Of a stretch of DNA of 64,000 nucleotides, positions 51,112-60,683 are shown piece after piece. Both the position numbers and the translations under genes were made by a program. The stretch is from assembly GCA_963804165.1 (NCBI GenBank), contig CAWDPO010000041.1, positions 64,001 through 128,000 on the forward strand, in the 5' to 3' direction. The notes under the pieces are model-generated. The model did not search any database. It worked only from the letters and a program-made list of their open reading frames with translations, and was not told the DNA's origin. Source of the DNA: an uncultured delta proteobacterium (GTDB lineage Bacteria; Desulfobacterota; Binatia; UBA9968). Positions within the stretch are counted from its first letter, which is position 1, and each line of letters begins with the position of its first letter.

Positions 51112-52677
51112 ATGAGTTCATTGGTTTCCTGCCAGGGCGTCGCCGATTTGATGGCGACCGATCGGTTATTCGTCGTGTTCGACGTGCGCGAGCGCGGCGA
51201 ATACAACGAGTGTCAAATTCCCGGCGCAACGTCGCTGCCGCGTAGCCAGATCGAATTTCGGCTTAATCAACTAGTGCCAAACGCCGCAGTGCCGCTTGTT
51301 CTCTACGATAACGACGACGGTAGAGCACCGCTCGCTGCCAAGACTCTAAATCAATTTGGCTATTCGGGGGTTTCAATTCTCGACGGCGGGCTGACAGCGT
51401 GGCGCGATGAGGGTCGGCCAACGGTCAGCGGTGTGAATGTTCCGAGCAAGGCCTTTGGCGAAAAAATTCATCACGAACAAAACATTCCGGATATTTCAGC
51501 TGAAGAGTTGCGTCAGTTGCTGGAAGAACGACAAGACGTACGCATTCTCGACGTGCGCACGCCAGAGGAATATGGTCGATTCTGCATTCCCGGCGGCATA
51601 AACGTTCCAGGCGGGGATCTCGTTCTATGGGCGGAGGAATTGAAGCAAACGAAATCCCCGGTAGTCGTAAATTGTGCGGGACGAACGCGCAGCATCATCG
51701 GCACCGCCGCGCTACGCCGTCTGGGTTTGACCAATGTCCGTGCACTTCGAAACGGCACAATGGGGTGGGTACTTGCCGGCTTCGAGCTCGAAAAGAATCC
51801 AGGGCGAATCACTCCGCCCGCGCCGCGGGGAAGCAGCGGACCAGTTCTTTCACTGGCCTTACGACTCGCAAGCGATGAGCACATTCCGTGGATTTCTCCG
51901 CAGGGGTTGGCGGAAGCATTGACAACAAATTACCGCGGCGTCACGTACTTCATCGACGTGCGCTCGGAGCCCGAGTATGAGGCCGGTCATGTTGCCGGAT
52001 CGGTCAACGTGCCCGGCGGGCAAGCGGTACAGCGCGCCGACGATTTCGTCGCTGTGCGAAACGCGCAGATTGTGTTTATCAGCAACGAATCAGCGCGGGC
52101 TGTGATGGCAGCTTATTGGTATCGGCAAATGGGGTTCCGGAACGTTTCTGTGCTGAAGGGCGGACTGCGCGCGTGGTCAGACGGCGGTGAAATGCTCGTT
52201 AGCGGCCCTCGGCAAAATGAGCCGTTGGGTTTCGAAGCCGCAAAACGGGTGGCTCGTTTGGTCGATGCGCGGTCGCTCGATCGCATCCTGCGCGATTCAT
52301 CGACATGGGTTCTCGATGTCGGCACGAGTCTAGAATTCGAATCGGCACATCTGCCGGGCGCTAAATGGATCTCCCGCGGCTGGATCGAGCTTAAACTTCC
52401 TGACAAGTATCCTGATCGGGCTCAGCCGATCGTCGTCACGTGTCCCGATGGACGGCAATCGGTTTTCGCGGCGCACGCGTTAGCCGAGATCGGTTATTTG
52501 AACGTATCGGTGCTAGACGGTGGACTGCGCGTGTGGTCGGCTGCGGGGTTCCCAACGGAACACGGATTGGGAACATCCTTGGCGCCAACCAACGACGTCG
52601 TCCTGTCGCCGTCAATCCGCGGCACCAAGGAAGACATGCAACGCTATTTGGATTGGGAGCTTGCGTTGCCGCGGTAA
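51112..52677 (+). CDS. Four-domain rhodanese-like sulfurtransferase
   Basis: Four DVR/DVG..E...IPG/HLPG repeats with LDGG..AW; active loops CAGRTRS and CPDGRQS; MQRYLDWE end. Confidence 0.88.
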   Translation: MSSLVSCQGVADLMATDRLFVVFDVRERGEYNECQIPGATSLPRSQIEFRLNQLVPNAAVPLVLYDNDDGRAPLAAKTLNQFGYSGVSILDGGLTAWRDEGRPTVSGVNVPSKAFGEKIHHEQNIPDISAEELRQLLEERQDVRILDVRTPEEYGRFCIPGGINVPGGDLVLWAEELKQTKSPVVVNCAGRTRSIIGTAALRRLGLTNVRALRNGTMGWVLAGFELEKNPGRITPPAPRGSSGPVLSLALRLASDEHIPWISPQGLAEALTTNYRGVTYFIDVRSEPEYEAGHVAGSVNVPGGQAVQRADDFVAVRNAQIVFISNESARAVMAAYWYRQMGFRNVSVLKGGLRAWSDGGEMLVSGPRQNEPLGFEAAKRVARLVDARSLDRILRDSSTWVLDVGTSLEFESAHLPGAKWISRGWIELKLPDKYPDRAQPIVVTCPDGRQSVFAAHALAEIGYLNVSVLDGGLRVWSAAGFPTEHGLGTSLAPTNDVVLSPSIRGTKEDMQRYLDWELALPR

Positions 52678-52682
52678 TCCGG

Positions 52683-52774
52683 GTTCAAAGTTCAAGGTTC
52701 CATGTTCAAGGTTGGCCCGAACGAAGTTCAATTCATCCGATTCCGACTTGAACTTTGAACGTTGAATCTTGAAC
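52683..52774. repeat. Inverted arrays of heptamer repeats between convergent genes
   Basis: (GTTCAAR)-like x4 at 52683-52710 and (YTTGAAC)-like x4 at 52747-52774. Confidence 0.8.
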
Positions 52775-52826
52775 TCTATTCAGGGGCACGCTCAGCAGTT
52801 GTCGTACTTCGGACTGGCAAAGGTCT

Positions 52827-53357
52827 TCACCTTTTTGTCGCCACGTCGAAACGCAGCCGGGGCATTTCGGTGAGGTCTTTGCCGTAGACGTGAATTTCAA
52901 CCGTGTCGCGATCGGTGACGTTGTTCATTTCGTGAATGTCGTCGTCGGGGGCGATTAGGCAAGATACCGTTCCTGCGTGGTTCTTCAGCACGGCGCTGAC
53001 TTCGAGGTCGGCAAATTCGGAATTGGATCCTTTGTCTTTTCTGCGAAAGCGCGTCTCCTGAATCTCGTTTTCAACCACACCGACCATGCCCCAGGTGTCA
53101 TGATTGTGCGCCTTGGCATTATCTCCCGGCCCCCAAACCACCGACGAGATGTTAAAGAGCGAAGCGCGATGGAGCATGTAACGGCCGTAAGCCGTCGCGC
53201 CGCGCTTTCGATATTTTCCTTCGATGCAGTTCGGTTGTTGCACGAGCTTGGCGAGGAGCGGCTTGGCCGAGTTGACAATCTTTTCCTGAGAGCTTTCCGT
53301 TCTCGTAATGCGATCCAAGTCGTCGATGAAATCTTTCAGCAAATAGGTCGTTGTCAT
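52827..53357 (-). CDS. Cysteine/thiol dioxygenase family cupin (true stop may be 52792 if there is a 1-nt error in the A-run)
   Basis: WGPG...AHNHDTWG, DIH, IHVYG. Confidence 0.85.
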   Translation of the reverse strand: MTTTYLLKDFIDDLDRITRTESSQEKIVNSAKPLLAKLVQQPNCIEGKYRKRGATAYGRYMLHRASLFNISSVVWGPGDNAKAHNHDTWGMVGVVENEIQETRFRRKDKGSNSEFADLEVSAVLKNHAGTVSCLIAPDDDIHEMNNVTDRDTVEIHVYGKDLTEMPRLRFDVATKR

Positions 53358-53460
53358 TTAAGATTTCACCATCAATAACACGAAGGGCACGAAGCGCGGA
53401 AGGATTTCTCACCTTCGGAATCTTCATGCCCTTCGCGGCTTAAAAGTCTGTTTGGTGTAT

Positions 53461-54513
53461 TTATGCCGCTTGCTTTTGGACCCGCGGTAACTTCGACGCG
53501 TCGATATTGTAGAGCCGTGAAACGTTGTCACAAACCACTTTACGCTGGGTTTCCGGCGACAGATGGCCGAGATCGCGTTCGATGATTTTTCGCGAGTGCG
53601 GCCAGGTCGAATTCGGATGCGGAAAATCATTCGACCACATGATGTTGTCTTCGCCCCAATATTTTAGATTTTCGCCGCAGACGTGATCGTTGAAGAAACA
53701 GGCATAAATCTGCTCTTTGACGAAGCTGCTTGGATTGCGCGTGAACGGCGGCGGGTTTTGTTTCTTGAAACGATTGTAATAATAGTCCCACTGCTGAAAC
53801 ATCCACGGCATCCAGCCGCTCTCGTTTTCCACCGAGACGATCTTGAGCTTGGGATTTCTTTCGAGGACGCCGTAAAAAACGAACTCGAAGAGTGCGTTGG
53901 CGATATCCATCAGCTTCAAGTTGACGCTGCCGCGGTAACGCTCGACGCCTTTTCTGGTTTTATCTTTGTTGTAGCTGTGCCCGGTCAAAATATGCAGGCT
54001 GACCGGAGTATCGAGATCCTGGCATGCTGCCCAGAATTTATCGTAATGGCTGGAATGAAAGGGCAGATCCGGATGGGGCGCTTGCCAAATGATCGCGCCT
54101 TTCAATCCGGCCTTGTGGCAGCGCTCGAGCTCTTTGATGCCGTTGTCGATATTGTAGACGGGAATCGCTGGAATGCCGATCAAACGATGGGTATCGGCAC
54201 TGCAATAGTCGATCAGCCAGTCGTTGTAAACCCGAAAGCACGCTTCCTGCAAGCCGGGATCGTCGAGAGCGAAAAGGTCGAGCATCAAGGTTGGATAGAG
54301 GACTTCGGCGCTGAGTCCGTCGGCTTCCATTTCTTTCATCCTGGCGTTCGGATCCCAACCGCCGGCGTGCTGCTGGAAGCCTTCGCCGACCTGGTGTGGT
54401 GGAAAGAGCGGTGCCGCTTCGCGGTATTTCTCCGGGACGCCTTTTTTCCAAAGATCCACAGGCTCCATGACGTGGGAATCTGACGAAATGATAAGGTCAC
54501 TCGCTATCGCCAT
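53461..54513 (-). CDS. Amidohydrolase family protein
   Basis: ISSDSH, SLH, VENE.GW, WSNDFPHPNSTWP. Confidence 0.88.
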   Translation of the reverse strand: MAIASDLIISSDSHVMEPVDLWKKGVPEKYREAAPLFPPHQVGEGFQQHAGGWDPNARMKEMEADGLSAEVLYPTLMLDLFALDDPGLQEACFRVYNDWLIDYCSADTHRLIGIPAIPVYNIDNGIKELERCHKAGLKGAIIWQAPHPDLPFHSSHYDKFWAACQDLDTPVSLHILTGHSYNKDKTRKGVERYRGSVNLKLMDIANALFEFVFYGVLERNPKLKIVSVENESGWMPWMFQQWDYYYNRFKKQNPPPFTRNPSSFVKEQIYACFFNDHVCGENLKYWGEDNIMWSNDFPHPNSTWPHSRKIIERDLGHLSPETQRKVVCDNVSRLYNIDASKLPRVQKQAA

Positions 54514-54624
54514 CTGTCTATCCTCCTTACAGGGCTGGACATTGAGTTATTCTTAATCTTAACCGCACCTTAATAGATCGGTGGCGCGCCTGTCAATTGG
54601 CGGAAAGGCGGAAGCCCAGAGGCA

Positions 54625-55332
54625 TCAGGTCAGAAATACAAGATCGCTCGACGTTGCTCGAAGAAACAAACCCTGACTGTCAGGCTTTCTCCATACCGAT
54701 GCCAGCCACGGTTGCTGCTCGCGCGGCAGGCCGGGCGGGCGATAGTAATGTGTTATTTCAGTGAAGCCCGCCGCGGTGACGAGCTGACACCAGGAGTCCC
54801 AATTATGATAGCAGCCGTATCGCTCGCCGCTCCAACCTTCTTCGTTTTCACCGCGCGGATTGGAGCTGAAGAGCACGCCGTCCGGCTTCAATGTTGCCCA
54901 AAGCTCCCTTAGAACTCGCGGCAGTTCCTGCCTTGGAACGTGAAAAAGCGATGCGTTGGCAAAAATTCCGTCAAAATATTCCGCCGGCAAATCCAGCTTG
55001 AGAAAATCTTGGCACCACATTTTACAGCCGCTGTAGCTGCTCCCCAACTCAACGAAGCGCTCTGCGCCATCAAGACCGATCGCTTCGTGACCGAGATCAC
55101 AAAAAACTTTCAAATCTCGCCCGGGACCGCAGCCGAAATCGAGTATGCGAAACGGTCCGGCGCCGTGAAGGGCTTGCAGGAACGCATCGCGATTCTGACT
55201 GACGTCGTGATCACGCGTGCCTTCCCAGAAACTCTCGGCATGCTGATTATAATGTGAAAGGGTGGTTGTCGATGTTTGTGCGAGTTCTTGTTTGCTCAGT
55301 TTCTGCAGTCGATCGTTCACTTTTGCTTGCAA
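54625..55332 (-). CDS. Class I SAM-dependent methyltransferase
   Basis: ILDFGCGPGRD motif I, FDGIFANASLFH. Confidence 0.88.
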   Translation of the reverse strand: MQAKVNDRLQKLSKQELAQTSTTTLSHYNQHAESFWEGTRDHDVSQNRDAFLQALHGAGPFRILDFGCGPGRDLKVFCDLGHEAIGLDGAERFVELGSSYSGCKMWCQDFLKLDLPAEYFDGIFANASLFHVPRQELPRVLRELWATLKPDGVLFSSNPRGENEEGWSGERYGCYHNWDSWCQLVTAAGFTEITHYYRPPGLPREQQPWLASVWRKPDSQGLFLRATSSDLVFLT

Positions 55333-55343
55333 GGAAATTCGCG

Positions 55344-56339
55344 TTAAGTGGCGCGGCGAACTTGAACATCAGGGTTGATCAGGTTAAGCGGCCTGCCGTC
55401 GAGAAAGTCGAGGATGTTGTTCATCGCCTGCTCGTAGCGCTCGCTCATGACTTCCACCGTGGCGTAACCGCGGTGCGACATGAGGATCGCATTGTCGAAG
55501 CGGCGCAGCGGATGATCCATCGGCAGCGGCTCGACGTCGTAAACGTCGAGACCGACGCCGCCCAATTGTCCGCTCTCGAGCGCTTTGATCATCGCCGATT
55601 CACAGACGATCGGACCGCGCGCGGTGTTCACTAGAAGCACGCCGCGCTTCATCATGGCAAATTCTTTCTCGCCAATGCTATCGCGGGTTTCGGCGTTGGA
55701 GTTGATGTGCACGGTGAGAATGTCCGATTCGCGCCATAGGGTTTCCAAGGGCACGCATTCCGCGCCGACTTCTCCCGCTCGCTCTGCCGTGAGGGTGCGC
55801 GAATAGGCGAGCACGCGAGTATTCGGGAACGCCTTCATAATGCGGGCTACCTCACTGCCGATGCGGCCGAAGCCGAAGACGCCGATGGTTTTGTCTTCGA
55901 GTGTGTTGCCCGGGATAGCGGGCCAAGCTTCTTCGCGCATACGCAAATTCACTTGCGGAATCTTACGCAAAAGCGCGAGAATCAGCGCGACGGTCAACTC
56001 AGTCGTCGACACACCGTTGTCGGCTGCCGTGGCGGTGACGGCAATGGCGCGCCGGGTGGCGTTGGGTAGGTCCAGGTGCTTACTGGTTCGGCCGGTTTGC
56101 GAGATAAGTTTTAGGTTCGGCAACTGAGAATATTCTTTGTCACTGAAAAAAGTTCGCTCGCGCATCAAAAGGATCGAGTCGAAGTCGCGCAGCGCGGCAA
56201 CGATATTCTCCGAGCTGTCCAGCCGTCTTCTCAAGATGGTTACATCGGCGCGGGCCTTGAGCTTCTCGTAAGCCGGCACGCTGTCGGCGAGCTTTTCGAA
56301 ATCGTCCAATATCGCGACTTTGATTTTGTTGTTTGCCAT
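55344..56339 (-). CDS. D-2-hydroxyacid dehydrogenase family protein
   Basis: MRERT, GFGRIG, NTARGPIV, DVYDVEP, H.GY. Confidence 0.9.
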   Translation of the reverse strand: MANNKIKVAILDDFEKLADSVPAYEKLKARADVTILRRRLDSSENIVAALRDFDSILLMRERTFFSDKEYSQLPNLKLISQTGRTSKHLDLPNATRRAIAVTATAADNGVSTTELTVALILALLRKIPQVNLRMREEAWPAIPGNTLEDKTIGVFGFGRIGSEVARIMKAFPNTRVLAYSRTLTAERAGEVGAECVPLETLWRESDILTVHINSNAETRDSIGEKEFAMMKRGVLLVNTARGPIVCESAMIKALESGQLGGVGLDVYDVEPLPMDHPLRRFDNAILMSHRGYATVEVMSERYEQAMNNILDFLDGRPLNLINPDVQVRRAT

Positions 56340-56344
56340 AATTG

Positions 56345-57025
56345 TTATGTCGTGGCCGTGACTTCGACTTCGCAGAATTTACCTTCTGAAGAATAGCCGT
56401 CGACGGAACAGTACTCCAGCTGCGGAATCCTCGCCGTCACGTGCCGGCCGAAAAGCGCTTTTAGATTTTCCAAGCTCTGACTGCGATGGAGGTAAAACGA
56501 GACACGAGCGACTTTATCCCACGCGCTTCCCGCGTCTGCAAGGGAGCCGGCAATACGAGGGAAGATGTTGTCGAATTGTTCTGCGAGTGTTGGCAAGACC
56601 GTGGTCACGCCCGAAAGAACGACCACGGAGTCGTAAACCAGAAAACGGATGGGCGCGATTGCCGGCTCGTATTCCACGACGCGCTTTTCGGCACTGGGAA
56701 CGGACGGACGCATGGCGAGCAGATCGAGTGCGACCTTGGCGGGCGAATCGAAATGCCCCGGCGCAATATAACTGGAGCTTGCCGAGCGCGCTTTGCCGGA
56801 TAATATTTTGACGCGCTCCGTGCTGCCGAGATCGCGGCTTTGGCGATCGCATCCCCAGAGCCGGCTTCGTACCGTGTTGTCGAGGGACAAGCCGTGCGCC
56901 TTGAGCTCCTGATCGAATCGCTGGAACAATTCCTGTGCTTCGATGGTCGCATTCGCCTCGGCTTTAGCTTCGCCGGACAATTCGACAAACTCTTTTCCAA
57001 GCCACGTGAAAATTCTTTTGTGCAT
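56345..57025 (-). CDS. RidA-like tandem-domain protein
   Basis: Two LSG...L...G.S...V repeats, terminal EVEVTA. Confidence 0.65.
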   Translation of the reverse strand: MHKRIFTWLGKEFVELSGEAKAEANATIEAQELFQRFDQELKAHGLSLDNTVRSRLWGCDRQSRDLGSTERVKILSGKARSASSSYIAPGHFDSPAKVALDLLAMRPSVPSAEKRVVEYEPAIAPIRFLVYDSVVVLSGVTTVLPTLAEQFDNIFPRIAGSLADAGSAWDKVARVSFYLHRSQSLENLKALFGRHVTARIPQLEYCSVDGYSSEGKFCEVEVTATT

Positions 57026-57192
57026 AACGATGACTCCGAGATAACGGCGGCGATCCTATATCAGTGCAGTGTCTCGATCAATGGCGGTGAGGCGAAACGC
57101 GAGTATTTGCAACGGTTATCGGATGAATCCATGAAGTGCGCTGCCCGCTTAGATACAAAACCCGTGGTTAGGGAACATGGCGCCGTCAGTCG

Positions 57193-57342
57193 TCATGGCT
57201 TCCGGTAAAGCATGAACAGAACATCTTGAACTACCTTGATTAATGGTTTTCCCAGAAAGAACTCGGTGGAGAAGCTGATAAGACCGAAAGCGACGACGAG
57301 CAGGAGGAGAAAGAAAATAATCGCGCCGATTTTAGACTTCAC
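57193..57342 (-). CDS. Small membrane protein (49 aa), below the ORF-track cutoff
   Basis: AAGGGGG SD, GTG start; MKSKIGAIIFFLLLLVVAFGLISFSTEFFLGKPLIKVVQDVLFMLYRKP. Confidence 0.55.
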   Translation of the reverse strand: MKSKIGAIIFFLLLLVVAFGLISFSTEFFLGKPLIKVVQDVLFMLYRKP

Positions 57343-57661
57343 TGGAAAACCCCCTTGGAAACGAATTTGATTCTAGCAGCGAAGACGGGGCGAGCGCTAG
57401 AGTCGCGAGCCGAGAGGGAACTGCAATGCACGCTACGACGTGACGCTTAGGCGATGATACGATCGTCGTCGGGCGGGCCGGGGTGCCGCGACCGCCGCGG
57501 TTGCTCAGGCGGCCGAACTGGCGGGAAAAGTGCCGCTCGAAGCTCTCCACCTTCCTCGGATCGTTGGGGTCGAAACGAGCCGATACAGAGTTTGGCCGCA
57601 CACGCCGATAAATGGCAGCGAACCCCAAAACGGCGGCGCCGCCTGAGGAGTGAGCGGCGGG

Positions 57662-59218
57662 CTAATTGGCTGCGGGGGGCACGGCGCAGCAAGTCATCTG
57701 CGCGGATTTTGGCGCTGTCGGATCGGCGGTTTCCCAAACGGCGCGCAAATCGGGCGAGTACGGGTAGCGAATGCCATTTTCTTCGAGAATCTTTGCAGTG
57801 GTTTCCATCAAATCTCCTCGATTGAATACCATCGTCTCGTGCGTCAGCACGCCTGAGCTAGCAAATTTGAAACTGATCTGTTCGTCTCGGCTGTCGCGCA
57901 GGATTTCCACGAGATGGCGCAAGTTCTTGACCGGAACTCCGTTGATTTCACTCAACACGGAACGGTTGGGATCGTCGTATCCCCGGGTGATCCGACTGGG
58001 AAAGAGCGGCGACGATACGACGACCAGTTCCTCGTTCTCGAAGGCGGGTTTGTCGTAGCGCCGCGTTACCAGCGGGCTGGGCCTGCGTCCCAGCGTCGGT
58101 GGCGGCTGATTACCCAATCGATCCAAATAGTCTTGCGTCGTTTGTGAGAAGACAAAGGGGCCGAAAATAAAAAAACGCGGGCTCCTATCCATCAGATAGG
58201 GGATTACGAGTTCGCGTTGGGAGCGCACCGGCAAGTTGATTTGCGTTAGGCGTCCGTCGCGATAAATCGTCAGCGGTAGAAGACCGTTCTTCGCATACTT
58301 CTGCACGAGATAAGACGCCGACAAGCGAAGATCGTAACGGATCGCGACTTTGCCATCGCTGTCGATCGGCATGTCACTGATCTTGGTTATGACATCCCAC
58401 TCTTGCAAAGGATACCCGGGTTGATCGCGATAAGGTTGCGCCACCATGACTCCATTGATGCCCTTGGGCAATCCGAGCCGCTGTCGTAGGGCGTCGTTTT
58501 CAACGGTCTGAACCAGATCATAAAATTGCGGTTTGCCGTCGTAGACTCCATCCGCCATGTCGTTCAGAAAAAGCTGAATTTCTTCTACCGGAATCAAATA
58601 ACCGATGTTTTGCGCGTTCTGAATCAAGCTGAATACGAGACCGACCAACTTGCCGTCGGACACCGCCGGTCCGCCGCTGTTACCGAAGTTGAGCGCCGCA
58701 TCGACCTGGATGCGCAGGCCGTTCGCTTGGTAGTAGTAATCGGTGTACTCAATACGGGAAACGATCCCTTGGGTAACCGAAAGCTCGGCGCCGCCGGTGG
58801 GATAACCGTAAACATTTATCGAATCTTTGACGCGCGGAAGTTCCTGGGCGAAGGGCAAAGAGCCGCGTTGGTCAAAAAACGATTCGTCGTCGAGCTTTAG
58901 GAGGGCAAGGTCCATACCCGGTGTGATCGCCATTACGCGAGCTGGAATACGGCTAGCCGATTGGTTGGGCTGGACATAGATCTGGCTGGCATACTTAACG
59001 ACGTGCGCGTTGGTGAGAATGCGCTTGCCCTCGATGACAACGCCTGAGCCGCTGATTTGACGCGGGCTACCTTTAGTCCATGGGCGGAGCAGGTCCGGAC
59101 TGTGGTGAGTCGCGTGAATCTTTACAACCAAATCGCGGATCGCGTCCTGGGCATAAAGCCATGAAGGTGTGAGCATGCAAAGGCAATACAGGGATAGACG
59201 GATGATCATTCGATACAT
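57662..59218 (-). CDS. Secreted HtrA/Deg-type trypsin-like serine protease with PDZ-like domains
   Basis: Signal peptide; GSG, LTNAHVV, DLALL, DAALNFGNSGGP. Confidence 0.9.
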   Translation of the reverse strand: MYRMIIRLSLYCLCMLTPSWLYAQDAIRDLVVKIHATHHSPDLLRPWTKGSPRQISGSGVVIEGKRILTNAHVVKYASQIYVQPNQSASRIPARVMAITPGMDLALLKLDDESFFDQRGSLPFAQELPRVKDSINVYGYPTGGAELSVTQGIVSRIEYTDYYYQANGLRIQVDAALNFGNSGGPAVSDGKLVGLVFSLIQNAQNIGYLIPVEEIQLFLNDMADGVYDGKPQFYDLVQTVENDALRQRLGLPKGINGVMVAQPYRDQPGYPLQEWDVITKISDMPIDSDGKVAIRYDLRLSASYLVQKYAKNGLLPLTIYRDGRLTQINLPVRSQRELVIPYLMDRSPRFFIFGPFVFSQTTQDYLDRLGNQPPPTLGRRPSPLVTRRYDKPAFENEELVVVSSPLFPSRITRGYDDPNRSVLSEINGVPVKNLRHLVEILRDSRDEQISFKFASSGVLTHETMVFNRGDLMETTAKILEENGIRYPYSPDLRAVWETADPTAPKSAQMTCCAVPPAAN

Positions 59219-59353
59219 GGCATCTCCTTGCGTCAAAATCGACGCGCAAAACAGAGCGCATTATATACTAAAAGGGTCTTAAGTGAAGCCGCCTAAAAAA
59301 CACGCTTTGACTTGGCGCCGTTTGTCCAGTACATGGGCTCGATCGAAGGAATT

Positions 59354-60223
59354 ATGGCTCCTGAGGCGATTGCGCTTTTAGCTTCGATTTCGTTTGCCTT
59401 GTTTGCCGTGTTCGGCTGGCTCGGCTTGAGCCATTCGACACCGCTGACGGGCGCGATCGTTTCGCTTGCCGCGCGAACCGTGACGCTTGGGGTGGCGGTG
59501 GTTTTAAGTGGCGGTGTTCCCGGCTACCAGTAAGGCTCAACGGCATTTGCTGTTTTCGTATTTCTCGGCGTCTTGCAGAGCGCCATCAGTTTGCTGACTT
59601 TCATCGGCTTGCAACGAATCGGCACCTCGCGCAGCCAGCCGCTGCGTAACAGTTATCCGCTTTGGAGCACCGTGATTGCCATCGTCGTGATGCATGAGCA
59701 GGCGAGCGCGGCGGTATTGGCCGGAACCGTGTTGGTCGTTGCGGGGATTGTGCTGATCTCTTGGAAACCGGACACCGCGGCGCTGACTTATCGCTGGTGG
59801 CATGTGCTTTACTCTCTGGGCGCGGGTTTCCTCGCCGGCCTTGCGTTTCCGCTACGGCGCTACGGGCTGACGATCACCAACGAGCCGGTCTTTTTCAGCT
59901 TTGTCGTGGCGGTAGTTTCGCTACTGGGTTCGATTCCTTATGTGCTGTGGCATCGCTCTGAGCAAGGGCTGGTTTGGAATCGGCGCGGCGTCATGCATTT
60001 TTTTGCGTCGGGTTTTTGCGAAGCCATGGGGGCATTGCTCACTCTTGTCGCCCTCGCAAGCGCGCGCGTCGTGATCGTGTCTCCGATCGTAGCGACAACA
60101 CCGTTGTTCAGCTTGGCGATCTCACTGATTTTCCTGCGCGGCAAAGAACACGTCACCGGCCAAACCATCATCGGTACGGTGGCTGTGGTGCTCGGAACGA
60201 TCGCCATTGCGCTGGGAAAGTAG
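59354..60223 (+). CDS. DMT/EamA family transporter, frameshift near 59530
   Basis: AAGGA SD; two EamA repeats ending in ..HE and ...KE. Confidence 0.8.
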
Positions 60224-60320
60224 GAGCGAAAATTGCCTTTGACAGCGTAAAGCTCCCAAGCGTATTTATGATTTAACAGTCTAATTCCTTAGTGTCGAAA
60301 AGTTAAGCGAGGAGGAAATC

Positions 60321-60630
60321 ATGTGGTATCTAGTTTTGCGCCGCCCTGTAAAGCCGCGCGAAGAATGGACGGTGACTCTCGATCAACATCTGGTCTGGAT
60401 GAAGCAGCAACATGAAGCCGGGAAAATTTTATTTTCCGGTCCGACGACAGATCGAAAATATGGCGTGTACGTGATTCGCACCGCGCTCCAAGGAAGAGGC
60501 TGAGAAGATCGCGGCGAGTGATCCCTACACGGTCGCCGGCTTCACCGCCTTCGAGCTGCTCGAGTGGGAAGTGCATCAAATCATGGGCGTCGGGCCGTTT
60601 ACGGCTGCGGAAATGCGCGCGCACCGGTAA
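60321..60630 (+). CDS. YciI family protein, frameshift near 60485
   Basis: GAGGAGG SD; QHLVW, GKILFSGP, then EEAEKIAASDPY in the next frame. Confidence 0.78.
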
Positions 60631-60633
60631 GAC

Positions 60634-60673
60634 GATTGGGGAAATGGAGTGATGGAGTAACGGAGTAATGGGG
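60634..60673 (+). repeat. Degenerate octamer tandem repeat
   Basis: GATTGGGG AAATGGAG TGATGGAG TAACGGAG TAATGGGG. Confidence 0.65.
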
Positions 60674-60683
60674 GGATCCCAAT

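Noticed and set aside
52683-52774. CRISPR array (also considered for 60634-60673 and the REP clusters)
   Set aside because: Units are 7-8 nt with no unique spacers; no cas genes
57332-57737. ORFs 57332-57628 and 57447-57737
   Set aside because: No SD or family motif; Arg/Pro-rich composition typical of spurious GC-rich frames
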